DNA of 64,000 nt, taken from assembly GCA_965263035.1 (NCBI GenBank), contig OZ253580.1:2816001-2880000 (forward strand), read 5' to 3'. The notes under the pieces were generated by a model. It saw nothing but the letters and a program-made list of their open reading frames with translations, was not told the origin of the DNA and made no database searches. Shown here piece by piece: positions 48,197 through 57,302 of the stretch; the stretch's first letter is position 1, and each line of letters starts with the position of its first letter. Source of the stretch: Acidobacteriota bacterium (GTDB lineage: Bacteria > Acidobacteriota > UBA6911 > RPQK01 > JAJDTT01). Position numbers and translations under genes: made by a program.

Positions 48197-49625
48197 TACT
48201 GACGTCGCGCTGGAAGAAGAACATTTTCCAGGTAGGGATTTCCAACAGGGCTATTCGAAAATTGTATCGTCCCGGCCGTGCGAACAGCTTGTTGGTGTAG
48301 ATGATTCCGCGGCCCGATCGGAGCTCCTTCCTTTCCAGGGTGGCCCTGAAGAACTCTCTCATCCTTACGACTTCCCGCCCGTTCGCATCCACCAGCTGGC
48401 CGATGATTCCCAATTGGGTTCGCACATCTCCTCCCTTCTCCCGAGACAGCGTATGGGGGCTGATCTTGATTCGGAAGGGCAACCCGACCTTGCCCGCGAT
48501 CTGCCCCCTGGGCCGGAGGATGTCGACATCGGCACCCAGCTCGTACCGTTCCAGACCCTCGTCCTCGGGTTGTCCCAGCTCGACCTCGCTGAAGAACAGG
48601 GCCTCGATGAACTTTTTCTTGGCGCGGAGACGGCCGGGTGCCCGAGTGAACGGACGCGACACCAATAAATTGGAGTTCGGAGTGGTGACCACTGCCGGCG
48701 AGTCGGGATCGATCCCCGGCGCCGCGTCGCCGTAGACACCAAGGGAGTAGAGGTTGCCGAAAACGTCGTCGTTAATTCTTGCCAGAGTGGAATCGAAATC
48801 CAGGATGGTTTCGATTCCGCTGAAGTGCATTCCACCGGTCTTCGCGGCCAAACGCGCGAAGGCGGCTGCCTTCTCCTCAGCCTTCGGGTCCGCCGCAGCG
48901 ATGAGGCCCGGCGCCGTCGGCAGCGCCGTCGCCGACGGAACCAGAATGGTATAGATTCTCACATCCTCGCGCAGGGCCAGGGCTGCGGTCCGCTCCGCTC
49001 GGCGGTAGGCATCGTCCATCCCGTCGGATACCAGAATCAACACCTTTCCGTCGCCGGGCCTCGCCCGGGTGCCGAGCGGTGCAAGCAGTGCCTCCACCGA
49101 CTGGTAAATTGCGGTTCGCCCCTGGTGCGGGCGGGCCGCCGCGAAGGCCTTTTCCGCAAGTTCCTTGCGGGAGGTGAACTCTTGAAACACCAGCAACTTG
49201 TCGGTAAACCCGAAGACGCCGATCTGGGTGAACAGGTGGATGTTGTCCAAGAAGTTCTGGGCGGCCATGATCTCCTCCGCCCTGGTGCCAAAGGTGCTTC
49301 CACTCACGTCCAGAAGAAAGGCTATCCAGAGGCGACCCAGATCGGGTGTCTGTTTTCGCGGGGGCCGAAAAAAGACGATCTCCCTTTCCGCTCCTCCCTG
49401 GATAACGCGGAAGTCCTCCTGCGTCAGGGAGTTGACCAACCTGTTCCGGGAATCTCTGACGGTGAATCGAAGCAGAACCAGATCCACTCTGACCCGGATC
49501 GCTTCGTCCTGAGCCTGGTCCTGTGGAATCGCCCAAGTCGGACCCAGCCAGATCCAGAGAATCGGGGCCAGGGTCAGCCGCCTGAGCTGCCCCCACCGTC
49601 GCCGACTCCGGATCTCACGTTTCAT
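48141..49625 (-). CDS. Secreted VWA-domain protein with a C-terminal extension
   Basis: Signal peptide, IRVRVDLV, LDVSGS and LVSDGMD; overlaps the convergent gene by 56 bp. Confidence 0.82.
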   Translation of the reverse strand: MKREIRSRRRWGQLRRLTLAPILWIWLGPTWAIPQDQAQDEAIRVRVDLVLLRFTVRDSRNRLVNSLTQEDFRVIQGGAEREIVFFRPPRKQTPDLGRLWIAFLLDVSGSTFGTRAEEIMAAQNFLDNIHLFTQIGVFGFTDKLLVFQEFTSRKELAEKAFAAARPHQGRTAIYQSVEALLAPLGTRARPGDGKVLILVSDGMDDAYRRAERTAALALREDVRIYTILVPSATALPTAPGLIAAADPKAEEKAAAFARLAAKTGGMHFSGIETILDFDSTLARINDDVFGNLYSLGVYGDAAPGIDPDSPAVVTTPNSNLLVSRPFTRAPGRLRAKKKFIEALFFSEVELGQPEDEGLERYELGADVDILRPRGQIAGKVGLPFRIKISPHTLSREKGGDVRTQLGIIGQLVDANGREVVRMREFFRATLERKELRSGRGIIYTNKLFARPGRYNFRIALLEIPTWKMFFFQRDVSISPPGGSSGSRGRIRSIP

Positions 49626-49626
49626 T

Positions 49627-50178
49627 TCAAATTTTCCGGGCGCCCACCAAGTGCAGAAACTCACTCCGGGACCGCTGATCATCCCTGAACTTGCCCAGCA
49701 TGGCGGAAGTCATGATCCGAGCTTGCCGCTTTTCGACCCCCCGCATCAACATGCACAAGTGCTGCGCCTCGACAACGACCGCTACGCCCTTGGGCCGAAT
49801 CTTGCTGTTGACGGTCTCGGCAATTTGTTGGGTGAGCCGTTCCTGGACTTGTAGGCGCCGCGCGAACATGTCCACGATTCTCGGAATCTTGCTGAGCCCG
49901 ATGACCCGGCCCGAAGGTAGGTATCCGACATGGCATCTGCCGAAGAAGGGGAGCAGATGATGTTCGCAAAGGCTATAGACCTCGATGTCTTTGACGATGA
50001 CCATTTCATCGTAATTCACCTTGAAATAGGCGCCGTTGAGCAACTCGTCCACATCCTGCGCGTATCCTCTGGTCAGGAAACGCATAGTGCGCCCCACCCT
50101 TTCAGGGGTGCCGACAAGCCCCTCCCGCTCGGGGTCCTCTCCGATCTCATGAAGCAACTGTCTGACCAACTCCTCCAC
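49627..50178 (-). CDS. folE: GTP cyclohydrolase I (start uncertain, may extend upstream)
   Basis: [33 protein letters not shown] and HLCMLMRG. Confidence 0.96.
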   Translation of the reverse strand: MEELVRQLLHEIGEDPEREGLVGTPERVGRTMRFLTRGYAQDVDELLNGAYFKVNYDEMVIVKDIEVYSLCEHHLLPFFGRCHVGYLPSGRVIGLSKIPRIVDMFARRLQVQERLTQQIAETVNSKIRPKGVAVVVEAQHLCMLMRGVEKRQARIMTSAMLGKFRDDQRSRSEFLHLVGARKI

Positions 50179-50230
50179 GGCCAACCTCCTGCTATTCCCG
50201 TTCCCCGAACTTCCGTCCTGGCAACCAGTA

Positions 50231-50572
50231 TCAACCCGGAGGCCAGCCCAGGTGTCGACCGCCCAAAACATGGGCGTGAATGTGAAACGCGCTCTGCCCG
50301 GCCGCGGCGCCGTTGTTCAGGACGACACGATAGCCCGAGGCCAACCCTTCATCGCGCGCTACCACCTTGGCGAGCAGCAACAGCCGGCCAAGCAGGACGG
50401 CGTCTTCCTCCGCCGCTTCGCCCAAAGAGCCAATGTGCTGCTTGGGAATCACCAGGATATGGGTGGGGGCCTGTGGGTTGATGTCTCGAAAAGCCATCGC
50501 CCATTCGTCCTCCGCCACCACAGCCGCGCGAAGTTCTCCGCTCACGATCCTGCAGAACAGGCAATCGCTCAT
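50231..50572 (-). CDS. Histidine triad nucleotide-binding protein
   Basis: [16 protein letters not shown] and HIHAH. Confidence 0.95.
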   Translation of the reverse strand: MSDCLFCRIVSGELRAAVVAEDEWAMAFRDINPQAPTHILVIPKQHIGSLGEAAEEDAVLLGRLLLLAKVVARDEGLASGYRVVLNNGAAAGQSAFHIHAHVLGGRHLGWPPG

Positions 50573-50573
50573 G

Positions 50574-51482
50574 CTACACCTCGCCTTGGTTCTCCCGGAC
50601 CAACACCAGACAACGTTCGATGCCCGCCAGATCCTTCCTGGTTTCCACGTCCCGCCAGCCCCAACGCCGCGCCAATCGGCCGACACGCTCCTTGGCGCCC
50701 GCGCCGATCTCCAGAACCAGAGGACCCGACGGCTCCAACACCGACGGACATCCCTCCAGCAACGCTTTGTACATCTCCATCCCGTCTCGGCCCGCAAAGA
50801 CGGCCTCGCAGGGCTCATAGGCGGCGACAGCCCGGTCGACACTCCCGCGGTCGGCGGTTGCCACGTAGGGGGGGTTCGCCACTACCAAGTCCCAACGGCC
50901 CGTCCACCCCGACTGCGCTGACAGGGCTCGCCCCTCCAGAAACTCGACCCGGGATTCGCAACCGTGGCGCACCGCGTTCTTCTTCGCCACCACCAGGGCA
51001 CGCTGCGATATGTCCGTGGCCGTTACCCGGACCCGCTGCCGTTCGGCGGCCAACGTCACCGCTATGGCCCCCGAACCCGTTCCCACGTCGAGCACTCTCG
51101 GATTGCGCTGGGCCATGCCGTCGAGCCATTCCAAACAGACATCCACCAAAAGTTCCGTCTCCGACCGCGGAATCAGCACTCCCGGCCCAACCGCGAAACT
51201 CCTTCCGTAGAACTCCTGATTCCCCAACAGATACTGGATCGGATAATGCGCTCCTCGCTTCTGGAGCCAGCTTGCCCATCTCGCGACCTGACCGGGGACC
51301 AATCGCAATTCGGGGTGCGCCAACAGGTACGCTCGAGGACGCCCCAGAATGGAACCAAGCATCAACTCCGCATCCAGACGAGGACAACGGAGACGATTTC
51401 GCTTGAGGTGCGAGGTTCCCTGCCGAACCGCCTCCGCCACCGTCAGCCCTGCCGGAATCCTGTCCAGATGCGATTCAAGCAA
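50574..51482 (-). CDS. prmC: Release factor glutamine methyltransferase
   Basis: PIQYLLG, LIPRSETE, DVGTGSG and NPPY; follows prfA. Confidence 0.96.
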   Translation of the reverse strand: MLESHLDRIPAGLTVAEAVRQGTSHLKRNRLRCPRLDAELMLGSILGRPRAYLLAHPELRLVPGQVARWASWLQKRGAHYPIQYLLGNQEFYGRSFAVGPGVLIPRSETELLVDVCLEWLDGMAQRNPRVLDVGTGSGAIAVTLAAERQRVRVTATDISQRALVVAKKNAVRHGCESRVEFLEGRALSAQSGWTGRWDLVVANPPYVATADRGSVDRAVAAYEPCEAVFAGRDGMEMYKALLEGCPSVLEPSGPLVLEIGAGAKERVGRLARRWGWRDVETRKDLAGIERCLVLVRENQGEV

Positions 51483-52548
51483 TTTTCTCTGCTTTCAGCG
51501 CTTCAGCCTGATTGAAAGCGATCAGGGGATCGAGAACGTCGTCGAGCGCGCCCCCCAGCACGGCTTCCAACCGGTGAAACGAGACCCCGATCCTGTGGTC
51601 GGTGATGCGATTCTGGGGAAAGTTGTAGGTTCGGATCTTCTCGCTTCGATCGCCGCTGCCGACCAGGGCCCGGCGCGTTGCCGCCACCTCGTCGTGCCGT
51701 TCTCTGAGAGCCCGCTCGTACAACCGGGATCTCAACACTTTGAGCGCCTTGTTCTTGTTCTTGAGCTGCGACTTTTCGTCCTGGCAGGTTACAACCTCGC
51801 CGCTGGGAATGTGGGTGACACGCACCGCTGAGTAAGTCGTGTTCACCGACTGGCCACCGGGACCGGAGGAGCAGTAGGTGTCCCACCGCAGGTCCTTGGG
51901 ATGGATCTTGACATCGATGTCATCCGCTTCCGGCAAAACGGCAACCGTCACGGCGGAAGTGTGAACCCTTCCCTGAGTCTCCGTTTCCGGAACCCGTTGG
52001 ACGCGATGCACGCCGCCCTCGAATTTCAGCCGGCCGTAGACCTTTTTGCCTTCGATGGTGGCGCTTACCTCCTTCAGTCCGCCCGCATCGTTGGCATGCG
52101 CGGAGATGATGTCCACCCTCCACCCGTGCGACTCGGCATACCTTCCGTACATACGGAACATTTCCTGTGCGAACAGGCTGGCTTCGGTGCCCCCCGTGCC
52201 GGCCCGGATCTCCAGGATGGCATTCTTTCCGTCGTTCGGGTCCCGGGGCAGGAGCAAGACACGCAACTCCTCTTCCTGCTCGCAGACGCGAGCCTCGAGC
52301 AGCTTCAACTCGCCTCTTGCCAACTCCACCAACTCAGAGTCCGCCTCGGCCCGAGCCATCTCCCTGAGATCCTTCACCTCCCGCTGCGTTCGCCGGTGCT
52401 CCCTGTATTTTTCCACCAGTGGGCGCAACTCCGAATGTGTTTTCGCGACCTCCCGGAAACGATCTCGGGAGGCAACGACCTGAGGATCTCCCAATTGTCG
52501 GGAAACCTCCTCGTACGTTGCTTCCAGGGCCCGCAATTTCTCTAACAT
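51475..52548 (-). CDS. prfA: Peptide chain release factor 1
   Basis: EIRAGTGG, HRVQRVPETE (PxT), GGQ and RSEKIRTYNFPQ. Confidence 0.97.
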   Translation of the reverse strand: MLEKLRALEATYEEVSRQLGDPQVVASRDRFREVAKTHSELRPLVEKYREHRRTQREVKDLREMARAEADSELVELARGELKLLEARVCEQEEELRVLLLPRDPNDGKNAILEIRAGTGGTEASLFAQEMFRMYGRYAESHGWRVDIISAHANDAGGLKEVSATIEGKKVYGRLKFEGGVHRVQRVPETETQGRVHTSAVTVAVLPEADDIDVKIHPKDLRWDTYCSSGPGGQSVNTTYSAVRVTHIPSGEVVTCQDEKSQLKNKNKALKVLRSRLYERALRERHDEVAATRRALVGSGDRSEKIRTYNFPQNRITDHRIGVSFHRLEAVLGGALDDVLDPLIAFNQAEALKAEKIA

Positions 52549-52677
52549 GACGGGGGCTGCCGGAGACTTGTCTCCCCAGCTCTGGGTCTGGGTTCCAAGG
52601 TCCCGCGACGGAAGTCGCCACGGCATTCGGGCGCAACACCGGCACCGGCGCGCCGCTGGGACCGCCGCCGCAGACTC

Positions 52678-52884
52678 CTATCGGATGAGGCCGTACTTCC
52701 TCTGGAACCGCTCGACGCGGCCTGCGGTGTCTATCAGCTTCTGCTTACCGGTGAAAAAGGGGTGACAACTGGAACAGATCTCGAGGCGCAGTTGGCCCGT
52801 GTGGGTGGATCGGGTCTCCCAACCCGCACCGCACGCACAGTGCACCGTGACCACACCGTAGTCGGGATGGATGCCTGCTTTCAT
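52678..52884 (-). CDS. rpmE: 50S ribosomal protein L31 (Zn-binding type)
   Basis: [13 protein letters not shown] and [10 protein letters not shown]. Confidence 0.97.
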   Translation of the reverse strand: MKAGIHPDYGVVTVHCACGAGWETRSTHTGQLRLEICSSCHPFFTGKQKLIDTAGRVERFQRKYGLIR

Positions 52885-53235
52885 CTCGGACCGTTCCCCT
52901 TTCTCGCTCGCCTTGCACGCAACCACCGCGGAGTTTAGCAAATCGGCGGCTTCGAGTCGAGCCCGGCCCCGCTGAGGGGCCGAGCGTCCCTGGGATCCCG
53001 GCGAGACCGAAACGGTCGCCGGGCGAGCCGCTTCTCACGCCTCGAACCTTCGGGCCGCGACCCTTGACAACACGGACGGACGACGGTACATGATCAACCT
53101 CACGCACCCGGGGCGGTTGCGGAAGGCGGACTGAATATCCTATCCTGAGTGCTCCCTCTTTGAGTATGTCAGCCGGTGAGGAGGGGGGAGTTTGCAGTTT
53201 GCCAGGGAAGATGACGACGGCCGGCAGGAGGAACA

Positions 53236-55029
53236 TTGCGGATGGCTCCAACTGGAACCGACAAAGGGCTTGAACGCCTGATTGCTGCGGGGCTCTCGAA
53301 CGTCGCGCTCCCCACCATCGAGATCGCCGACGACCTCGATCACGATGCGTTGGCGCAAGCGTACGATTCGAGCTTCAAGAACCTTTCCGAGGGTGAGGTG
53401 ATCCCCGGAACGGTCATCGAGGTCACCGATTCTCATGTTCTGATCGATATTGGATTCAAGTCCGAAGGCCGGGTTCCCATCAGCGAGTTCCGCGAGCGGG
53501 GCGGTGTCATCAACGTCAAGCCCGGCGATACCGTAGACGTTCTGATGGAGAATTCGGAGACGTTGGACGGCGGGGTGATTCTCTCTCGCGAGAAGGCCGA
53601 GAGAATGAAGATCTGGGATAGCATCGAGCGCGCCTACCAGGAACAGGCGGTGATCCCGGGGCGCGTCATCGAGCGGGTGAAGGGGGGTCTTTCCGTCGAT
53701 ATTGGCGTTCGTGCCTTCCTGCCGGGATCCCAGGTCGACATGCATCCGGTTCGTAATTTGGACAGCTTGCGCGACCAGGAACTCCAACTCCGGGTGATCA
53801 AGGTAAACAAGCGCCGCGGTAACATTGTCCTATCGCGAAAGGCTGTCCTGGAGGAGGAATACTTCAAGCGCAAGAAGGAAACTCTCCAGAGCCTGGAAGA
53901 GGGGAAGGTCACGCCGGGCATCGTGAAGAACATCACCGATTACGGCGCCTTTGTCGACCTGGGTGGTATCGACGGCCTGCTGCACATCACCGACATGTCC
54001 TGGGGCCGGGTCAACCACCCGTCCGACCTCTTCAAGGTAGGTGACAAGATCGACGTCAAGATTCTCAAATTCGACAGAATCGACGAGAAAGTCTCCCTCG
54101 GATACAAGCAACTCACTGCTGATCCCTGGTACACCGTGGCCCAGCGATACCCACGTGGCTCCCGTGTCCCCTCCGTGGTCGTCAGCATTACCGATTACGG
54201 CGCCTTCGTCGAACTCGAGGAGGGTGTCGAGGGGCTCATCCACATCTCCGAGATGACTTGGAACCGCCGGATCAAGCATCCGTCCAAGATCCTCTCCATC
54301 CGAGACGAGGTCCAAGCCGTCGTCCTCGATGTCGACGCCAAGGCCAGGCGCATCTCCATGGGCATAAAACAGACCGAACCGAATCCCTGGGATTCGGTTG
54401 AGGAGCGCTACGCCATCAACTCCGTCATCAACGGCATCGTCCGGAATCTGACCGATTTCGGCGCCTTTGTCGAGGTGGAGGAGGGAATCGAGGGCCTGGT
54501 CCATATCTCCGACCTGAGCTGGACGAAAAAGATCAAGCATCCATCGGATGTTCTAAAGAAAGGGGATGAGGTCACCGCCGTGGTTCTGAGTGTCGACGGC
54601 GAAAACCAGCGCCTGTCGCTTGGGATCAAGCAACTGGGACCCGACAAGTGGGAGGATTTTTTCTCCCGGCACCAGGTCGGCGATCGCTTGCTGGGCAAGG
54701 TTGTCCGGCTGACCTCCTTTGGCGCGTTCGTGGAGCTGGAGGAGGGCGTGGAAGGTCTCTGCCACATCTCCGAGCTGTCCGAGGATCGAGTCGAGGATCC
54801 CACATCCCACGTCTCGGTAGGCCAGGAACTCGATTTCGAGATCATCAAGCTCAACCTCCTCGAGCGGAAAATCGGGCTTTCCCTGAAGGCCCTGGTCGAG
54901 CGGAGCAACCGGGAAACCTGGTCCTACCGTCCGGAAGTGGGCAAGACCTCCATTGGAGAATTGGCGGGTGGCCAACTGGGCGGCCTCAAGCAGCGGGCCA
55001 TCGACGCAACGAGCACCAAGAATGACTAA
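53236..55029 (+). CDS. rpsA: 30S ribosomal protein S1 (start at 53236 TTG or 53242 ATG)
   Basis: Six S1 repeats (DIGFKSEG, TDYGAFVDLGGIDGLLH, etc.); AGGAGG RBS. Confidence 0.97.
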   Translation: MRMAPTGTDKGLERLIAAGLSNVALPTIEIADDLDHDALAQAYDSSFKNLSEGEVIPGTVIEVTDSHVLIDIGFKSEGRVPISEFRERGGVINVKPGDTVDVLMENSETLDGGVILSREKAERMKIWDSIERAYQEQAVIPGRVIERVKGGLSVDIGVRAFLPGSQVDMHPVRNLDSLRDQELQLRVIKVNKRRGNIVLSRKAVLEEEYFKRKKETLQSLEEGKVTPGIVKNITDYGAFVDLGGIDGLLHITDMSWGRVNHPSDLFKVGDKIDVKILKFDRIDEKVSLGYKQLTADPWYTVAQRYPRGSRVPSVVVSITDYGAFVELEEGVEGLIHISEMTWNRRIKHPSKILSIRDEVQAVVLDVDAKARRISMGIKQTEPNPWDSVEERYAINSVINGIVRNLTDFGAFVEVEEGIEGLVHISDLSWTKKIKHPSDVLKKGDEVTAVVLSVDGENQRLSLGIKQLGPDKWEDFFSRHQVGDRLLGKVVRLTSFGAFVELEEGVEGLCHISELSEDRVEDPTSHVSVGQELDFEIIKLNLLERKIGLSLKALVERSNRETWSYRPEVGKTSIGELAGGQLGGLKQRAIDATSTKND

Positions 55030-55297
55030 AGCCCAGCTGGTTGAGCGCGTTGCCGGTGGCTCAAGCCTCACCAGAAAGGAAGCCGAGGTCGTCGTCCAGG
55101 CCGTCCTTGACAGCATCGTCCAATCTCTGAAAGGCGGCACCAAGGTCGAGTTGCGAGGCTTCGGCAGCTTCCGGCTACGCAACCGTGCGGCACGCATCGG
55201 GCGCAATCCCAAGACCGGTGCCATGGTCCACGTTCCCGCCAAGCGGGTCCCCTATTTCAAGCCGGGCAAGGACCTGAAAGAGTTGATCAACTCCTAA
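55022..55297 (+). CDS. ihfB: Integration host factor beta / HU-family protein
   Basis: MTKAQLVE, VELRGFGSF, GRNPKTG and PYFKPGK; follows rpsA. Confidence 0.9.
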   Translation: MTKAQLVERVAGGSSLTRKEAEVVVQAVLDSIVQSLKGGTKVELRGFGSFRLRNRAARIGRNPKTGAMVHVPAKRVPYFKPGKDLKELINS

Positions 55298-55748
55298 ACA
55301 ACGACAACGCCGGCAAGTCGTCACCCGCCACCGGAATACTCCAATGCGGCCAACTTCTCGCCGGTGCGGTGTCGGCAGGAGTCGAATCAGCGACCGGGAA
55401 AACACCCAAAACGTCAAAAAACGCCCAACCGCCGCTCCTCGCGAAACGCAAGCGGACCCAAATTTAACTAAATCTTCATAAAACCCTTGCGGGCACTGAA
55501 AAAAGGGCATTCCCTGTCACACAACCTTACTGAACAGCTCGTTTTTGTTCCGTAAGTTATTGGATCAAAAAGGATTTCTAATCACCAGATGGGCTCGTCC
55601 CGGGACCACGAAAGAATCTTCTTTCTCCTCTGAGACGCTCTGTGCTACCTTGTTTCGCACCGGGACCGTAGATGATCGCGGGCGTAGCGCCGCTTGCCCG
55701 TTTCTGCATTTCAAAGTCCACAGAAGTTTCGGTAGAGAGTGGTGAGTT

Positions 55749-57074
55749 TTGGATTTATGGAGCGACATCGTAGCTTCCCTCAAAGCTGCGGGGCAGATCT
55801 CACCCGAGAATCTGGCCGTCTATTTCCAGGCCACCTCGCAAGTTCACTACGACCATATCTCACGGCAACTCGTGGTCCGGGTTCCCAACCGCCGCTTCAG
55901 CAGGTGGATCTCCCACCAATACGGCGATCTCCTAAAAGCGAAGATGGGAGAGATGGGGTTTCCAAATGCGGAAATTGTTTTCCAGGTAGATCTGGACGAA
56001 CCCAAATCAAGCCTGATCTCGTCGCCTCATCTGCTGGGCTCCTACATCGGCGCGGCCGAGTGCAACCTGAACCAACGTTACACGTTTGCCAACTTCGTCG
56101 TCGGGTCGAGCAACCAATTCGCCCACGCCGCCGCGCTGGCAGTCGCGGAACGTCCTTCCAGGAGCTACAACCCTCTCTTTCTCTACGGCGGCGTCGGGCT
56201 GGGCAAAACTCACCTCATGCACGCTATCGGACACTCGATCAAGATTGAATTGCCCACTGTAACTCTGGCCTACGTCCCCTCGGAACGCTTCACCAACGAC
56301 CTCGTCAACTCCATCCGTTACGACCGGACCGCCGGTTTTCGACAGAAATACCGGAACATCGACGTGCTGCTGATGGACGACGTCCAGTTCCTCGCCGGCA
56401 AGGAAAAGACTCAAGAGGAATTCTTCCACACCTTCAACAGCCTGTACGACGCCCAAAAGCAGATCGTCATCTCCAGCGATTCCCCGCCTCACGAAATCCC
56501 GACCCTGGAGGAGCGTCTACACAGTCGCTTCCAGTGGGGCTTGATTGCAGACATACAAGCCCCGGACCTGGAAACCAAGGTAGCCATTCTTCGGAAGAAA
56601 GCAGCCTTGCAACGAGTGGAACTCCCGGATGACGTTGCTTTCTTCATCTCAAGCAACACCAAGTCCAACATCCGCCAACTCGAAGGATCCCTCATTCGTC
56701 TCATCGCCTACAGTAGTCTGATCGGCGAGGAGATCACCCTCGACCTGGCCCAATCCACCCTCAAGGATCTCGCCGAGTCCGCCCAGCGAGTGATCACCAT
56801 CGGTGAAATTCAACGGGTCGTCGCCCAACACTACTCCCTGACGCTGTCCCAGCTCATGAGTCGGAGCAACTCCCCGAGAATTGTGGTTCCGAGACAGATC
56901 GCCATGTACCTCTGCAAGGAGTTGACCCAGGCCTCTCTACCTCAGACCGGCCGCGCCTTCGGAAACAGGCATCACACGACCGTGCTTCACGCTGTCCGGA
57001 AGATCTCTCGGCTCATCAAGCATGACCCGCTCATGCGTTCCACCGTCAACAAGCTGACCGACGAAGTTTCATGA
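55749..57074 (+). CDS. dnaA: Chromosomal replication initiator DnaA
   Basis: YTFANFVVG, YNPLFLYGGVGLGKTHL, QEEFFHTFN and RQIAMYL...HTTVLHA. Confidence 0.98.
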   Translation: MDLWSDIVASLKAAGQISPENLAVYFQATSQVHYDHISRQLVVRVPNRRFSRWISHQYGDLLKAKMGEMGFPNAEIVFQVDLDEPKSSLISSPHLLGSYIGAAECNLNQRYTFANFVVGSSNQFAHAAALAVAERPSRSYNPLFLYGGVGLGKTHLMHAIGHSIKIELPTVTLAYVPSERFTNDLVNSIRYDRTAGFRQKYRNIDVLLMDDVQFLAGKEKTQEEFFHTFNSLYDAQKQIVISSDSPPHEIPTLEERLHSRFQWGLIADIQAPDLETKVAILRKKAALQRVELPDDVAFFISSNTKSNIRQLEGSLIRLIAYSSLIGEEITLDLAQSTLKDLAESAQRVITIGEIQRVVAQHYSLTLSQLMSRSNSPRIVVPRQIAMYLCKELTQASLPQTGRAFGNRHHTTVLHAVRKISRLIKHDPLMRSTVNKLTDEVS

Positions 57075-57302
57075 CGTTTTCCCGCTTTTCCACCGGTGGT
57101 AGAATGTAATGGCTGTGGAAAAGGCCGGCGGGGCTCACACTTGGCCTTTTTCCACCTCGTGTCATGAGCCGAATTCACAACTGGAGAGTAACTATATCCG
57201 CTTGAAAACAAACGTTTCTTTCAACTCTTCCACAGTCTGCACAACCTCTACGACGACGATTAGATATACATTTTCTCTTGTGACCCGGAGACGGAGAACA
57301 CC
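57075..57302. other. oriC: Probable replication origin oriC
   Basis: AT-rich dnaA-dnaN gap with boxes TTTTCCACC (57086, 57148), TGTGGAAAA (57114) and tandem TCTTCCACA/GTCTGCACA (57226-57243), followed by a trio-like CTACGACGACGATTA. By eye the + strand shifts from C-rich to G-rich here. Confidence 0.8.
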
